Source: Methanobrevibacter sp. (GTDB lineage: Archaea > Methanobacteriota > Methanobacteria > Methanobacteriales > Methanobacteriaceae). Taken from it: a stretch of DNA of 64,000 nt. Both the position numbers and the translations under genes were made by a program. Positions 1 to 8,986 of the stretch are shown here, one piece after another (the stretch's first letter is position 1; the number at the start of each line of letters is the position of its first letter). The notes under the pieces were generated by a model, which was not told the DNA's origin, did no database searches, and worked only from the letters and a program-made list of their open reading frames with translations. The DNA is taken from NCBI GenBank assembly GCA_017460025.1, contig JAFUBV010000001.1, forward strand, positions 39,444-103,443. The letters are read 5' to 3'.

Positions 1-125
1 GATTATTATTTTAACACAACTAAAGGAGTTATACCCGTTACTTCAAAGGAATATAATCATTATAATATTTCAGATACATTGAACATTAGTGTGAATGATA
101 AAGGCAGGATTAGGGAGATTTTAAA

Positions 126-1130
126 TTGAAACCTGAAGTATTATCCGCATTAGCAGAATATGAAGAGATATGTGAAAACCCTTGGCCTCATAAACCATCT
201 GATGTGCAGAAATTAGTTGATGAATGGTTGGATGGTTATATTAGTCCTAAAGAATGGGTTATTGTGGAATGTTTGGAATCTGCGAAAGATTTTAAAGAAA
301 TATATGTTGGAGAAGAAAATAAAGGCCATATACTCAGAGTCCATATTTATGGTGGAGTGTATAAAGTTACTGATGAAATAATAGGTAAGGAGTTTATTTT
401 GGATATGGATAAAGGAGTGATGATTAAGGGTTCTAATACTGCACCCATTACAAAGTTTGTATGTTTAAGTAATGATTTTTTATGTGATTATTCAGATTAT
501 CCTAATATTTTATTACCTGTTCCAAAAGATGAAAAAAGAATACGTGAATGTAATCGTAATCCATTTGAAATTAAAAATATTCCTTGCTGTTACCGTACTC
601 CTGAAACATATTGCACTGCAAATGATGAACAATATGCTTATTGTCAGAGAGTGGGAGAAAATCCTAATGATATACAAAGGATAACAGATATTCCAATCAT
701 TAGCACACTACCATGTTCAGGTAAAGTTCTTTCATTAAATGCATCTCTTATTAAGCATGCTATGGAACATCCTAATACTAATAATGTATTTTTATGTCCA
801 CCACCATTAATAGATTCTGAATTTGTAACCATTAAACGATTATTAGATAAATCCCATATTTGTTATAAAGCAGATGATGAAAATAAAATCATTACATTAA
901 CTAATGATTCATCAATACATTTTAAAGCTTCCACTACTGGTGTTTTGAAGAAGACTCCTTATGAAAAACCGATAAGGGATCTCAAAGTAGAGACAGAAGA
1001 ATTAATGAAGTTTAATGATGATATGATTGAAGGGTTTAGTAATAATCCTGTGGCTCAGAGGTATTTTAAGAAGTGGAGATTAAATGAAAAAAAGAAGAGG
1101 AGTTTTAGAAAGAATGGCTGGTTTGTATAA
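126..1130 (+). CDS. Hypothetical protein (334 aa)
   Basis: Long ORF with GGGAG upstream of the TTG start; no recognisable motif. Confidence 0.7.
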   Translation: MKPEVLSALAEYEEICENPWPHKPSDVQKLVDEWLDGYISPKEWVIVECLESAKDFKEIYVGEENKGHILRVHIYGGVYKVTDEIIGKEFILDMDKGVMIKGSNTAPITKFVCLSNDFLCDYSDYPNILLPVPKDEKRIRECNRNPFEIKNIPCCYRTPETYCTANDEQYAYCQRVGENPNDIQRITDIPIISTLPCSGKVLSLNASLIKHAMEHPNTNNVFLCPPPLIDSEFVTIKRLLDKSHICYKADDENKIITLTNDSSIHFKASTTGVLKKTPYEKPIRDLKVETEELMKFNDDMIEGFSNNPVAQRYFKKWRLNEKKKRSFRKNGWFV

Positions 1131-1134
1131 TATA

Positions 1135-1278
1135 ATGAACCGTACAAGAGAAACAATTTGTAAAAATTGCATGCATTTCATTGCTAAGAGAGATATGTGT
1201 ACTTATTATGATACTCCTACAGATGCAGAGAATAATTTAAAATGTTCTGAATATATGGAACCAGGTGATCCAATATAA
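1135..1278 (+). CDS. Small Cys-rich, putative Zn-binding protein
   Basis: CxxCxHF...C...C pattern; ATG at 1135 just after the upstream stop. Confidence 0.5.
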   Translation: MNRTRETICKNCMHFIAKRDMCTYYDTPTDAENNLKCSEYMEPGDPI

Positions 1279-1515
1279 AAATTTTTTTCATAGGTATGTA
1301 TCTAAGATTTTGGCCAAAGGAGACAGACTTTCCAGTATTTGAGAGTGTTAGTGATAAGAGTTCTGAATATCTATTGTTAAAAGAAAATCTTCAACGATGT
1401 AGGTTAGATAATGGTTGTGGTGCAAGATTAACTTATCATCCGAATTTGTTTGATTTGTCTTTAATATAGAATAATGATTAATTATGTTTAAAAAAAGATT
1501 AAAGTGAAATAATAA

Positions 1516-1704
1516 ATGAGAAATGAAGAACAAATAAAAATTGCCTGTGGCAAATTAATAAAACACCTATTAAAAAAATATAAAAAGAAATACGATTTCC
1601 TCGCAGAACAAAACACAGAACTACATAATATTCAACAAGCAATAATCTACGAAGAAAAAAGCAAAACAATAACTGAAATATATAAAGAAATATTCGGAGA
1701 ATAA
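1516..1704 (+). CDS. Hypothetical protein
   Basis: ORF in + strand operon. Confidence 0.55.
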   Translation: MRNEEQIKIACGKLIKHLLKKYKKKYDFLAEQNTELHNIQQAIIYEEKSKTITEIYKEIFGE

Positions 1705-1709
1705 AAAAT

Positions 1710-2081
1710 ATGGGTAAAAGATATAAAAAAGGTAATGTTGGCCGTAAAAGAAAAATCAAACCTAAACAAATATACTTCAGACGAGAAAAACAAATTAACA
1801 ATCTAATAAACGAATTTAAAAAAGAATATTACACTAACAAGGATAAATTAAATACACTAGAAACATATGTTACACTATATAATTTAAAAACTGAAATAAA
1901 ACATTTACTGTACCTCCAGGAAAACATGTTAACAGTACAATCTTATACTCGCCGTACTGTTTATTATAAACAATTAGGTCGTTTTAAAAGAATTTACAGT
2001 AGATGGAAACATGAGACAGTGTATGCATTCTTATCTTATGTTTGTCATGTACCACCATATTTAGCCATGCCTTATTTATAG
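1710..2081 (+). CDS. Basic hypothetical protein
   Basis: GGAG RBS; Lys/Arg-rich N-terminus. Confidence 0.65.
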   Translation: MGKRYKKGNVGRKRKIKPKQIYFRREKQINNLINEFKKEYYTNKDKLNTLETYVTLYNLKTEIKHLLYLQENMLTVQSYTRRTVYYKQLGRFKRIYSRWKHETVYAFLSYVCHVPPYLAMPYL

Positions 2082-2082
2082 T

Positions 2083-2107
2083 AAAGTATTTAAAAGCAAC
2101 TTCTTAC
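2083..2107 (+). promoter_or_regulatory. Conserved viral promoter motif, copy 1 (AAAGTATTTAAAAGCAACTTCTTAC)
   Basis: 24/25 identical to 7037-7061; TATA-like TTTAAAA about 25-30 nt upstream of ATG 2119 (leaderless geometry). Confidence 0.7.
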
Positions 2108-2118
2108 TATCATATCAT

Positions 2119-2298
2119 ATGAATACTTACTATACAGATTTTCGTGTAAAAATACATGCAAAAAGTATTGAAGAAGCCATCGCCAAGAGCAGAAAATTAG
2201 AAGACCATATCATGGATCATCATAATGAAAGTGTTTTCATTAAAAGTATAGGTTTATCATTAACTGATAGACAACGGAAAGTTGGAGATAAAGAATGA
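2119..2298 (+). CDS. Small hypothetical protein (59 aa, MNTYYTDFRVKIHAKSIEEA...), below ORF-track cutoff
   Basis: Read manually; starts just downstream of the promoter motif; ATGA overlap with the next ORF. Confidence 0.6.
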   Translation: MNTYYTDFRVKIHAKSIEEAIAKSRKLEDHIMDHHNESVFIKSIGLSLTDRQRKVGDKE

Positions 2299-2405
2299 TA
2301 CGGGAGATTATTCTTTCAATTGGTTTATTGTTTGTTATATGTTGTTTAATATTATATGTAATACATTTATACGGAGGATTTTATCTATGTGCGAATATGT
2401 TTTAG
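2295..2405 (+). CDS. Small single-TM membrane peptide (36 aa)
   Basis: ATGA overlap and GGAG RBS; hydrophobic stretch IILSIGLLFVICCLILYVIHLY. Confidence 0.45.
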   Translation: MIREIILSIGLLFVICCLILYVIHLYGGFYLCANMF

Positions 2406-2542
2406 AATTAAAAGTATCTTCACAGGAAGGGTCTGATGATTTAAAAGAATTAGGGGAGTTCATCACAGAGGTTATGAATTTAGAATTGGATAAATGGGGT
2501 GTTAATTTTGAATTATTGGACTGTAAAGAATATGAGGAATGA
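2387..2542 (+). CDS. Small acidic hypothetical protein
   Basis: GGAGG RBS before ATG 2387. Confidence 0.55.
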   Translation: MCEYVLELKVSSQEGSDDLKELGEFITEVMNLELDKWGVNFELLDCKEYEE

Positions 2543-2548
2543 TTAAGA

Positions 2549-2782
2549 ATGTTGGATTTAGAGGAGAAAATAACAAAAATTGATAGTAATGTTAATCGTT
2601 TAAGTAATATTGATTATCAAACTGACGAGTTATGTAAATTGTCTAGACAGATCATTAGACGTTTGGAGCATATAGGTCATCAGCAAGAGTTAACTAATAA
2701 TTTGTTGATTACAATAGCTAGAAGCTCATCTAAGGATGATATGGTGGAGCGTATTAATCAGTTAATAGCTATTGAGCATTAA
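2549..2782 (+). CDS. Coiled-coil hypothetical protein
   Basis: GAGG RBS; heptad pattern. Confidence 0.6.
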   Translation: MLDLEEKITKIDSNVNRLSNIDYQTDELCKLSRQIIRRLEHIGHQQELTNNLLITIARSSSKDDMVERINQLIAIEH

Positions 2783-2795
2783 ACGAGGGTTGTTT

Positions 2796-3675
2796 ATGGT
2801 AAGTGAAGTTATTGAATTGAATAATCATCGTTTATTGAATGGGGATGCAACTAACCCTAATGATATTAATCTATTGATTGGGGATTGTAAAGTTGATTTA
2901 TTATTAACTGACCCTCCTTATGGGATTAATATTGTTAAAATAGGGGGGGGCAAATTGGAGGACAAGGTGGTGACTCCATTAGACCATTCCCGAGAGAGAG
3001 AGAGAGAGCAAATTGGATCAATCGGTGGGGCAAAACCACCAAGCTTCGAGAGGAACAGTGGGAACACCAGCAAGACCAGGCTTCAAAAACCTCAGAATGG
3101 GGGGGGGGGGCAAAAAGTCTATGGTAAAGTTGGAAAGCCCAGGCGTTGTTGAACCAAGACTTTATAAACCTGTAATTGGTGATGATAAACCATTTAATCC
3201 TCAACATTTACTGGATTTAAATGTTCCATCAATAATATTCGGTGCAAATAACTTCGCACATGAATTACCGAACAATCACAGATGGCTCGTATGGTTTAAG
3301 AAACCATCATTAGATTTTAAAAGGAATAATTTTAGTGATGTGGAATTATGTTGGACAAATTTAAAAGGCAAATCTTGTTTAATGTATCATCACAGTTGGA
3401 GTGGAATGGTTCGTGAAGGTGATCGTAAAGTAGAATTAACTGAAAGAGTACATCCTACTCAGAAGCCTGTGGGATTATTAGAACAAATGATATTGGAATT
3501 TACTAATCCTGGAGATGTTGTCCTTGACCCGTACGGAGGGGGGGGGAGTACGCTAATTGCGTGTGAACGAACTGGTAGAACATGTTTAATCATGGAATTA
3601 AGTGAAGATTATTGTGAAATCATAGAAAATCGTTACTGGAATTATATGGGTAAAGGACAAGTTAAACTGATGTGA
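2796..3675 (+). CDS. N6-A/N4-C DNA methyltransferase (beta class), currently frameshifted within simple-sequence repeats; probably phase-variable
   Basis: Motif IV TDPPY in ORF 2772-3152; HPTQKP and motif I DPYGGGGST in ORF 3013-3675; tracts G8, (GA)8, G12, G9. Confidence 0.88.
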
Positions 3676-3680
3676 TAATA

Positions 3681-3872
3681 ATGGTAAATTTTCTTACAGT
3701 ACGGATAGATGATAAAAAATGTGAACACTGCCTAACATGTGTAAGTGAATGCCCAACAGGAGCATTAACATATTATAAAGCAGGTTTCATGCATTCTGCA
3801 TATGAATGTAGCTACTGTGAATCCTGCATGATGGTATGTCCAAATGACGCAATAAACATACTAGATATGTGA
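3681..3872 (+). CDS. 2[4Fe-4S] ferredoxin
   Basis: Two CxxCxxCxxxCP motifs (CEHCLTCVSECP, CSYCESCMMVCP). Confidence 0.9.
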   Translation: MVNFLTVRIDDKKCEHCLTCVSECPTGALTYYKAGFMHSAYECSYCESCMMVCPNDAINILDM

Positions 3873-3878
3873 TTTAAA

Positions 3879-4088
3879 ATGACTAAAGATATTAAAATAC
3901 CTGTTAAAATCAAAACAGAAATATTAGAAAAAAAATTAAATGAATTAGATTTAACTGAAATGACTCCAACAGAATTGGAGAAAATCATTAAAGAAAACGT
4001 GGAAGTGGTCCTAATAGAAAAACAACATAATACTGATGAAATTACAGAAAAAATATTTCATATGGATATAAACACAGGAGAAGAATAA
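3879..4088 (+). CDS. Hypothetical protein
   Basis: ORF in operon context. Confidence 0.55.
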   Translation: MTKDIKIPVKIKTEILEKKLNELDLTEMTPTELEKIIKENVEVVLIEKQHNTDEITEKIFHMDINTGEE

Positions 4089-4279
4089 TGAACTTAAATA
4101 ATCAACATTTACTCGCTTTGAAAACAACAAAAATCGAGTACCGAAAGAAACTAGAAGAAACAGATAATCCTCATGAAAAAGAAGTTTATCAGCAAATGAT
4201 AAATGAATTAACTCATGAAGAAAAGAAGATTTTAAACGAAAGAAACATTTTATTAGATAAATTTGAAAAAGGAGACTAG
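4088..4279 (+). CDS. Hypothetical protein
   Basis: GGAG RBS; TAATG stop-start overlap. Confidence 0.55.
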   Translation: MNLNNQHLLALKTTKIEYRKKLEETDNPHEKEVYQQMINELTHEEKKILNERNILLDKFEKGD

Positions 4280-4286
4280 AATAAAA

Positions 4287-5021
4287 ATGATATTGGAATT
4301 AACAGATAATATTATATTGAAAAATTGTTTTGAAGCAATAAGTACTATTGTAGATGAAGTGAGTCTTGAATGTGATAGTGAAGGTATGCGTTTAAGAGCA
4401 TTGGATCGTAGTCACATAACATTTGTGAAAATGGAATTGAATGCAGGATTATTTGATGAATATATATGTGAAACTCCTGAAAAATTAAATGTAGATACTG
4501 ATGAATTAATGCAAATCTTGAAAAGATGTAAACCTAAAGATTTACTTAAATTAGAAACAGATGAGAGTAATATTAAACTCACTTTTGAAGGAGATAGTAC
4601 CCGTAACTTTAATTTAAGATTAATTGATATAAATTATGATTCTCCAACTCCACCAAGAATTGAAATTCCTGTTAAATTGAATTTACCTGTTGAATTATTA
4701 GGCGATTTCCTGGAAGACATGTTAATATTTGGTGAGAATGTTAAGTTCATTGTTGATGAAGATTACTTAAGATGTGAAGGGCAAGGCGAATTCGGTGATA
4801 GTGAAGTGAAATATATTCATGGTGAGAATGTCCAGGAAATAATTGAAAGTAAATTCAGCATCAATAAAATTAAGGATATGTTAAAAGCTAAGAAGTTGGC
4901 TTCTATGGTTACTTTAAGTTTAGGTACGGATATGCCATTATTTTTAACTTATAATATTGGTAATGGTGATGGTTTGTTAGAATTCATGTTGGCTCCGAGA
5001 TTAGAATCCGAGGACGAATAA
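4287..5021 (+). CDS. pcn: DNA sliding clamp (PCNA)
   Basis: ALDRSHITFV, GTDMPL and C-terminal LAPR motifs; ~245 aa. Confidence 0.95.
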   Translation: MILELTDNIILKNCFEAISTIVDEVSLECDSEGMRLRALDRSHITFVKMELNAGLFDEYICETPEKLNVDTDELMQILKRCKPKDLLKLETDESNIKLTFEGDSTRNFNLRLIDINYDSPTPPRIEIPVKLNLPVELLGDFLEDMLIFGENVKFIVDEDYLRCEGQGEFGDSEVKYIHGENVQEIIESKFSINKIKDMLKAKKLASMVTLSLGTDMPLFLTYNIGNGDGLLEFMLAPRLESEDE

Positions 5022-5040
5022 CATAGGGGGTTAGTTTTTT

Positions 5041-5307
5041 ATGGTAGATGATAATTACAGGAAATTAGCTGAAGCATTCAAAGAAAAAAATACTGCTATA
5101 ACCAGTAAGGATGAACCATCCTATTATAACAGTAACGGATTATCACCACTACAATCATTCCATAAAGGATTACTAAGCCAAGAAGAATATCAAGGTTTCC
5201 TTAAAGGCAACATTATTAAATATGCTGTTCGTTGCGATAAAAAGAATGGTAAAGAAGACATGGATAAATGCATTGATTATTGTAATCACTTGCGAGAGAT
5301 ATTATGA
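5041..5307 (+). CDS. DUF3310 (SaV-like) phage protein
   Basis: PSYY...GFLKGNIIKY..R...KNG.ED..K pattern. Confidence 0.8.
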   Translation: MVDDNYRKLAEAFKEKNTAITSKDEPSYYNSNGLSPLQSFHKGLLSQEEYQGFLKGNIIKYAVRCDKKNGKEDMDKCIDYCNHLREIL

Positions 5308-5600
5308 AGCTTAATTTAAAAAAAATCTTCAAAAGAAAAAATCATGAAGAACCTATAGATTATGAATCAAAAAATAATGATCATATCCTAGAATTATTAC
5401 AATTATATTATGGGAAATATGATTATATTATTGAATATGGGAATAATCAAAGGTTAAGTGTAGGTAAAAACACAATACTATCTATTCTTGGAGACTTCAT
5501 AGAATATTATGGGAGAGACTTCGATGATTCTAAAGATAATATTCCTTTAGGGATTATTTATATACCATCCATCACCGCAATAAAAAGAAGTACGGTGTAA
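5304..5600 (+). CDS. Hypothetical protein
   Basis: ATGA overlap. Confidence 0.55.
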   Translation: MKLNLKKIFKRKNHEEPIDYESKNNDHILELLQLYYGKYDYIIEYGNNQRLSVGKNTILSILGDFIEYYGRDFDDSKDNIPLGIIYIPSITAIKRSTV

Positions 5601-5606
5601 AAAATT

Positions 5607-5873
5607 ATGGCTAATGATGAAATATTGAAAAAATGGGCGTATGTGCAATGCAGCACTTATCGTGTGAAAACATTAGAATATTTAGAGAAAACAGGTTATG
5701 ATATGCCTAAAAATATTGCAAATAATGTAGGTATATTACAGAATCATATTAGTACTGTTTTAAGTGAATTAAAAAAAGCAGGGCTTGTGGAATGTATAAA
5801 TCCTGAAGCACGCAAAGGAAGATTATACCGTTTAACAGATACTGGTGTGGAAGTTGCTAACTTAGACTTATAA
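5607..5873 (+). CDS. Winged-helix transcriptional regulator (ArsR/MarR-like)
   Basis: PKNIA...HISTVLSELKKAGLV...RLYRLTDTG. Confidence 0.85.
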   Translation: MANDEILKKWAYVQCSTYRVKTLEYLEKTGYDMPKNIANNVGILQNHISTVLSELKKAGLVECINPEARKGRLYRLTDTGVEVANLDL

Positions 5874-5889
5874 AGAGTGTGGTAATATT

Positions 5890-6537
5890 ATGTATGTGAA
5901 AATTGATAATCGAGAAAAGGACAGGACACAAATTGCATGTGATTATTACACTCAAAAAGGTTTAAATGCGGAAATAACAACATTACCTGTTGGAGACTAC
6001 ATATTCAATGACAAGGTTGTTTTTGAATGGAAACTAATCTCAGATTTCATAGCTAGTGTAAAATTAAAACGAGTTTTTAATCAGAGCATTGAAATGTATG
6101 AGAATTTTGATTATCATTATGTAATTATCGTAGGAAGTGATGTTGAATTAGAGAACTGTCTTGTGCTTGATGGTTTAAGACCATCAGCATATTATGGTGC
6201 GATTACAAGATTAAATACTTACACTACTGTAATTAATGCTCCTGATGAATTCACAGCTTATGAATTGATGATGTGTCAGGCTGAAAAGTGTTTGGATGAT
6301 GATTTTGTTTATAAAAGATTACCTATTAAAACACCTAATCCTGCACAGAATCTATTATTACTCTGTAAAGATATTGGTGATGAGACTGTGAAATTATTGA
6401 AAGATGAATTACATATTTACAGTTTCAAAGATTTGAAACAACTTTCTTATAATGATTTAATAAACATACATGGCATAGGTCCTAAAACGGCAAATATGAT
6501 ATTAGAATATATAGGGGAAACAATCCCATCAAACTAA
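5890..6537 (+). CDS. ERCC4/XPF-family nuclease with HhH motifs (candidate resolvase)
   Basis: IDNRE, LPVGDY, E-x-K motif, C-terminal IHGIGPKTA. Confidence 0.88.
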   Translation: MYVKIDNREKDRTQIACDYYTQKGLNAEITTLPVGDYIFNDKVVFEWKLISDFIASVKLKRVFNQSIEMYENFDYHYVIIVGSDVELENCLVLDGLRPSAYYGAITRLNTYTTVINAPDEFTAYELMMCQAEKCLDDDFVYKRLPIKTPNPAQNLLLLCKDIGDETVKLLKDELHIYSFKDLKQLSYNDLINIHGIGPKTANMILEYIGETIPSN

Positions 6538-6565
6538 ATTTTTTTATATTTTCTTTTTTGGAATA

Positions 6566-7030
6566 ATGAAAGATATACAACAAAAACTTGATAAATACAA
6601 CAACCTCTTTGTTCCTGGAGAAAAAAGAACAAGTGAATATGAAAAACATATTAAACAGAAACAAAGAATTAAAATGCGGAAACAAATAGCTAAAAGCATG
6701 AAATATGAAGCTAAATATTTATTGATAACAGATAATCATTTAAAACAGGTTTATTATCTGATTGATATTTTCGGGGATAAATTCAAAATGTTACATAAAC
6801 GTGCTTCAGAAGAAACCATTATTTTAGCATTTATTTTTTATTGTATTCGTATTGATAACAGTACTATTAATCTGAATAATTATCGGATTAGTAAGAAGTA
6901 TAAGTTAACGGATCAAGTTTTTAGTTTGATTATTAGTAGAATGTTACATTATTTTATGAAGCAACATCCTATTGCTCCTGTGGAGACTACTGAGTATGAT
7001 CATGATTTGTTGTTGCGTGGAGGTTTTTGA
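6566..7030 (+). CDS. Hypothetical helical protein, possibly TFB cyclin-repeat-like
   Basis: KRASEETIILAFIFYCIR loosely resembles the TFB core motif RS.E...AA.LY..CR. Confidence 0.45.
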   Translation: MKDIQQKLDKYNNLFVPGEKRTSEYEKHIKQKQRIKMRKQIAKSMKYEAKYLLITDNHLKQVYYLIDIFGDKFKMLHKRASEETIILAFIFYCIRIDNSTINLNNYRISKKYKLTDQVFSLIISRMLHYFMKQHPIAPVETTEYDHDLLLRGGF

Positions 7031-7061
7031 AACCGCAAAGTATTTATAAGCAACTTCTTAC
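7030..7061 (+). promoter_or_regulatory. Conserved viral promoter motif, copy 2 (AAACCGCAAAGTATTTATAAGCAACTTCTTAC)
   Basis: BRE-like element plus TTTATAA box; repeated at 2083 and 51197. Confidence 0.7.
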
Positions 7062-7069
7062 AGGTATAT

Positions 7070-7770
7070 GGTAGAGGTGCTGAGAAAAACAATAAAATTA
7101 TTTTATTCGGTGCCTTTCGACATGTTATGTAAGTTCTAATACTATATATTTGGAAAATGGATAGTATCAATCAATACAATTATTTCAAACCATAGAATAA
7201 AAAGATGCAGGGGAAAAATACTGGATTTAAAATATTAAAAAATTTAAGGGAAAAAAATTAAAAAAGGGGAGAAAAAAGAGAGAGAAGAAAAAAAATTATT
7301 TTTAATTTTTTTTATATTCATGATTTCGGGTTTATTCCTTATTGTGAATCATAAAATTTTCTTTCTACAAATTATAGGGAAATCAGCAAAAAAAGTGTGT
7401 TTTTTGCATCATTGCTTTTATTACCGTCATAAATATTTCATTTATTTGTTCTTCTAATAATTTTTTGGTAAAATTGGAAAAATAATATTTTTTTCTTTTA
7501 TTAATTTTTTTTATGTATTTTTTTAATTCCCCTAAAATCTTTTTATATTTTTGGTTTAAAAAATAATTTTGGAACTATTAATAGAATATGCTTGAAAAAA
7601 ATGATATGAAAAAGATTTTAAAGATTTTTTTCTTTAATTTAGCCTCCATAATGGGAAAAATGAAAAAAAGGAGAAATGATTAAACACGAATAATTTTTTT
7701 ATGGGTTTTTTTCGTACCTTTGTTTTCTCATGAAATTAGAATAGTTTCTTCTTTTTTTCTCTCTTTTTTC
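7070..7770 (+). ncRNA. Candidate long structured non-coding RNA
   Basis: ~700 nt without an ORF, directly behind the promoter; 5' G-U-rich hairpin; long-range IR 7271-7290/7745-7770. Confidence 0.4.
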
Positions 7771-8919
7771 TTAATTTTTACGAAATTTAGCTAGAATATC
7801 ATCATCGGATTTGTTTTCCAATGCTTCGATTCTCTGTAGGATTGTATCATATTTATTTTGCTGTTCTTTTATTGTTTCTTGTAATTCTCTATTATCGTTT
7901 TCTAATTTTAAAAATTCTTGGCTTTTAACTGTTATTTTTTCAACATCTTTATTCAATAATAATGATGGTAGATGATTCACATATTCATTGAGGAGATCTT
8001 CTGTACGTAACATAAAATAGGATTCATCAGTTATTGTTTTTGATTTACCTTGTAAATCATTGATTAGGTCTCTGCTCATTCCATCTCCTGCTAATGTCGA
8101 TGCATGATATTTCCTCAGCATGTGGCTTCTGAATCTACGATAGTGTCCTATTTTACCTAAGTTTAGTTTATCGTTGATTTCTTCAAAGGATAATGTGAAT
8201 GTTGTGGGGTTTATTTTGAATAATTTGCTTTCTAATGTTATGTTGTCAGTTCTATCTTGTAAGTAATGGTTGATTGCAGTTACACTTTCAGGGCTGCTGA
8301 AGGTAGTGTAATATTTATCTGTTTTGACACGTTTAATTTGCCAAGTGGGTACTACATCACTTGTTTGGTTTAATGTTTCTATTATTTTATAGATATTATT
8401 ATTGTTGTGGTAATTTTTTGTTGCTTTTATATAATCTTTAATGGTTAAACTTAATGTTTCTGCACGTGCAGAACCTGAACTAGACATGAATAGTATGATG
8501 GCTTTCATTACTGGTGATGCTATTTCAATTGCAGAGCGGAGTACCTCCTTGTCAGGCAAGTCTTCTGGACGGATAGGTTCTGGCCTGTTAACATTCTTCT
8601 CATTAAAATTAGGTAAGTTATGGATTTCAATATCAAAGTGACGGTAGAATGCTTGTATTTTGTTGAAGCGTTCACGTGCTGTTTTTTGGGAATGTTTGTC
8701 GTATAAATATACTCGGTATTCTGTTAATCTTTTTTTTAATGTTCGATGTTTCCATCGTATTCCGTTTTCTTCTTCGTTTTCTGCTTCATCAAGTAATTGT
8801 TGTAGTGTCATATTATAATATGAAGTGTATTCGTTCAAGTATATTTTGTATGCTCTGGTGGTGGTGTCTTGTATGTTTCGGGTTTTCTGGAGGTAGTTTA
8901 TTAGGTCTGTGTCTTTCAT
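7771..8919 (-). CDS. Tyrosine recombinase/integrase 1 with C-terminal coiled coil
   Basis: SSGSARAETL (catalytic R), HMLRKY (HxxR), LQGK...Y. Confidence 0.9.
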   Translation of the reverse strand: MKDTDLINYLQKTRNIQDTTTRAYKIYLNEYTSYYNMTLQQLLDEAENEEENGIRWKHRTLKKRLTEYRVYLYDKHSQKTARERFNKIQAFYRHFDIEIHNLPNFNEKNVNRPEPIRPEDLPDKEVLRSAIEIASPVMKAIILFMSSSGSARAETLSLTIKDYIKATKNYHNNNNIYKIIETLNQTSDVVPTWQIKRVKTDKYYTTFSSPESVTAINHYLQDRTDNITLESKLFKINPTTFTLSFEEINDKLNLGKIGHYRRFRSHMLRKYHASTLAGDGMSRDLINDLQGKSKTITDESYFMLRTEDLLNEYVNHLPSLLLNKDVEKITVKSQEFLKLENDNRELQETIKEQQNKYDTILQRIEALENKSDDDILAKFRKN

Positions 8920-8986
8920 TTTTTATCATCTCAAAAATATTTCTCATTATTCTTATGTATATGAGGTATATTTTTATTATGATTTA

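Noticed and set aside
2796-3675. Methyltransferase as a simple dead pseudogene
   Set aside because: Catalytic motifs are intact and the only lesion can be corrected within repeat tracts; reversible slippage or sequencing error is more likely
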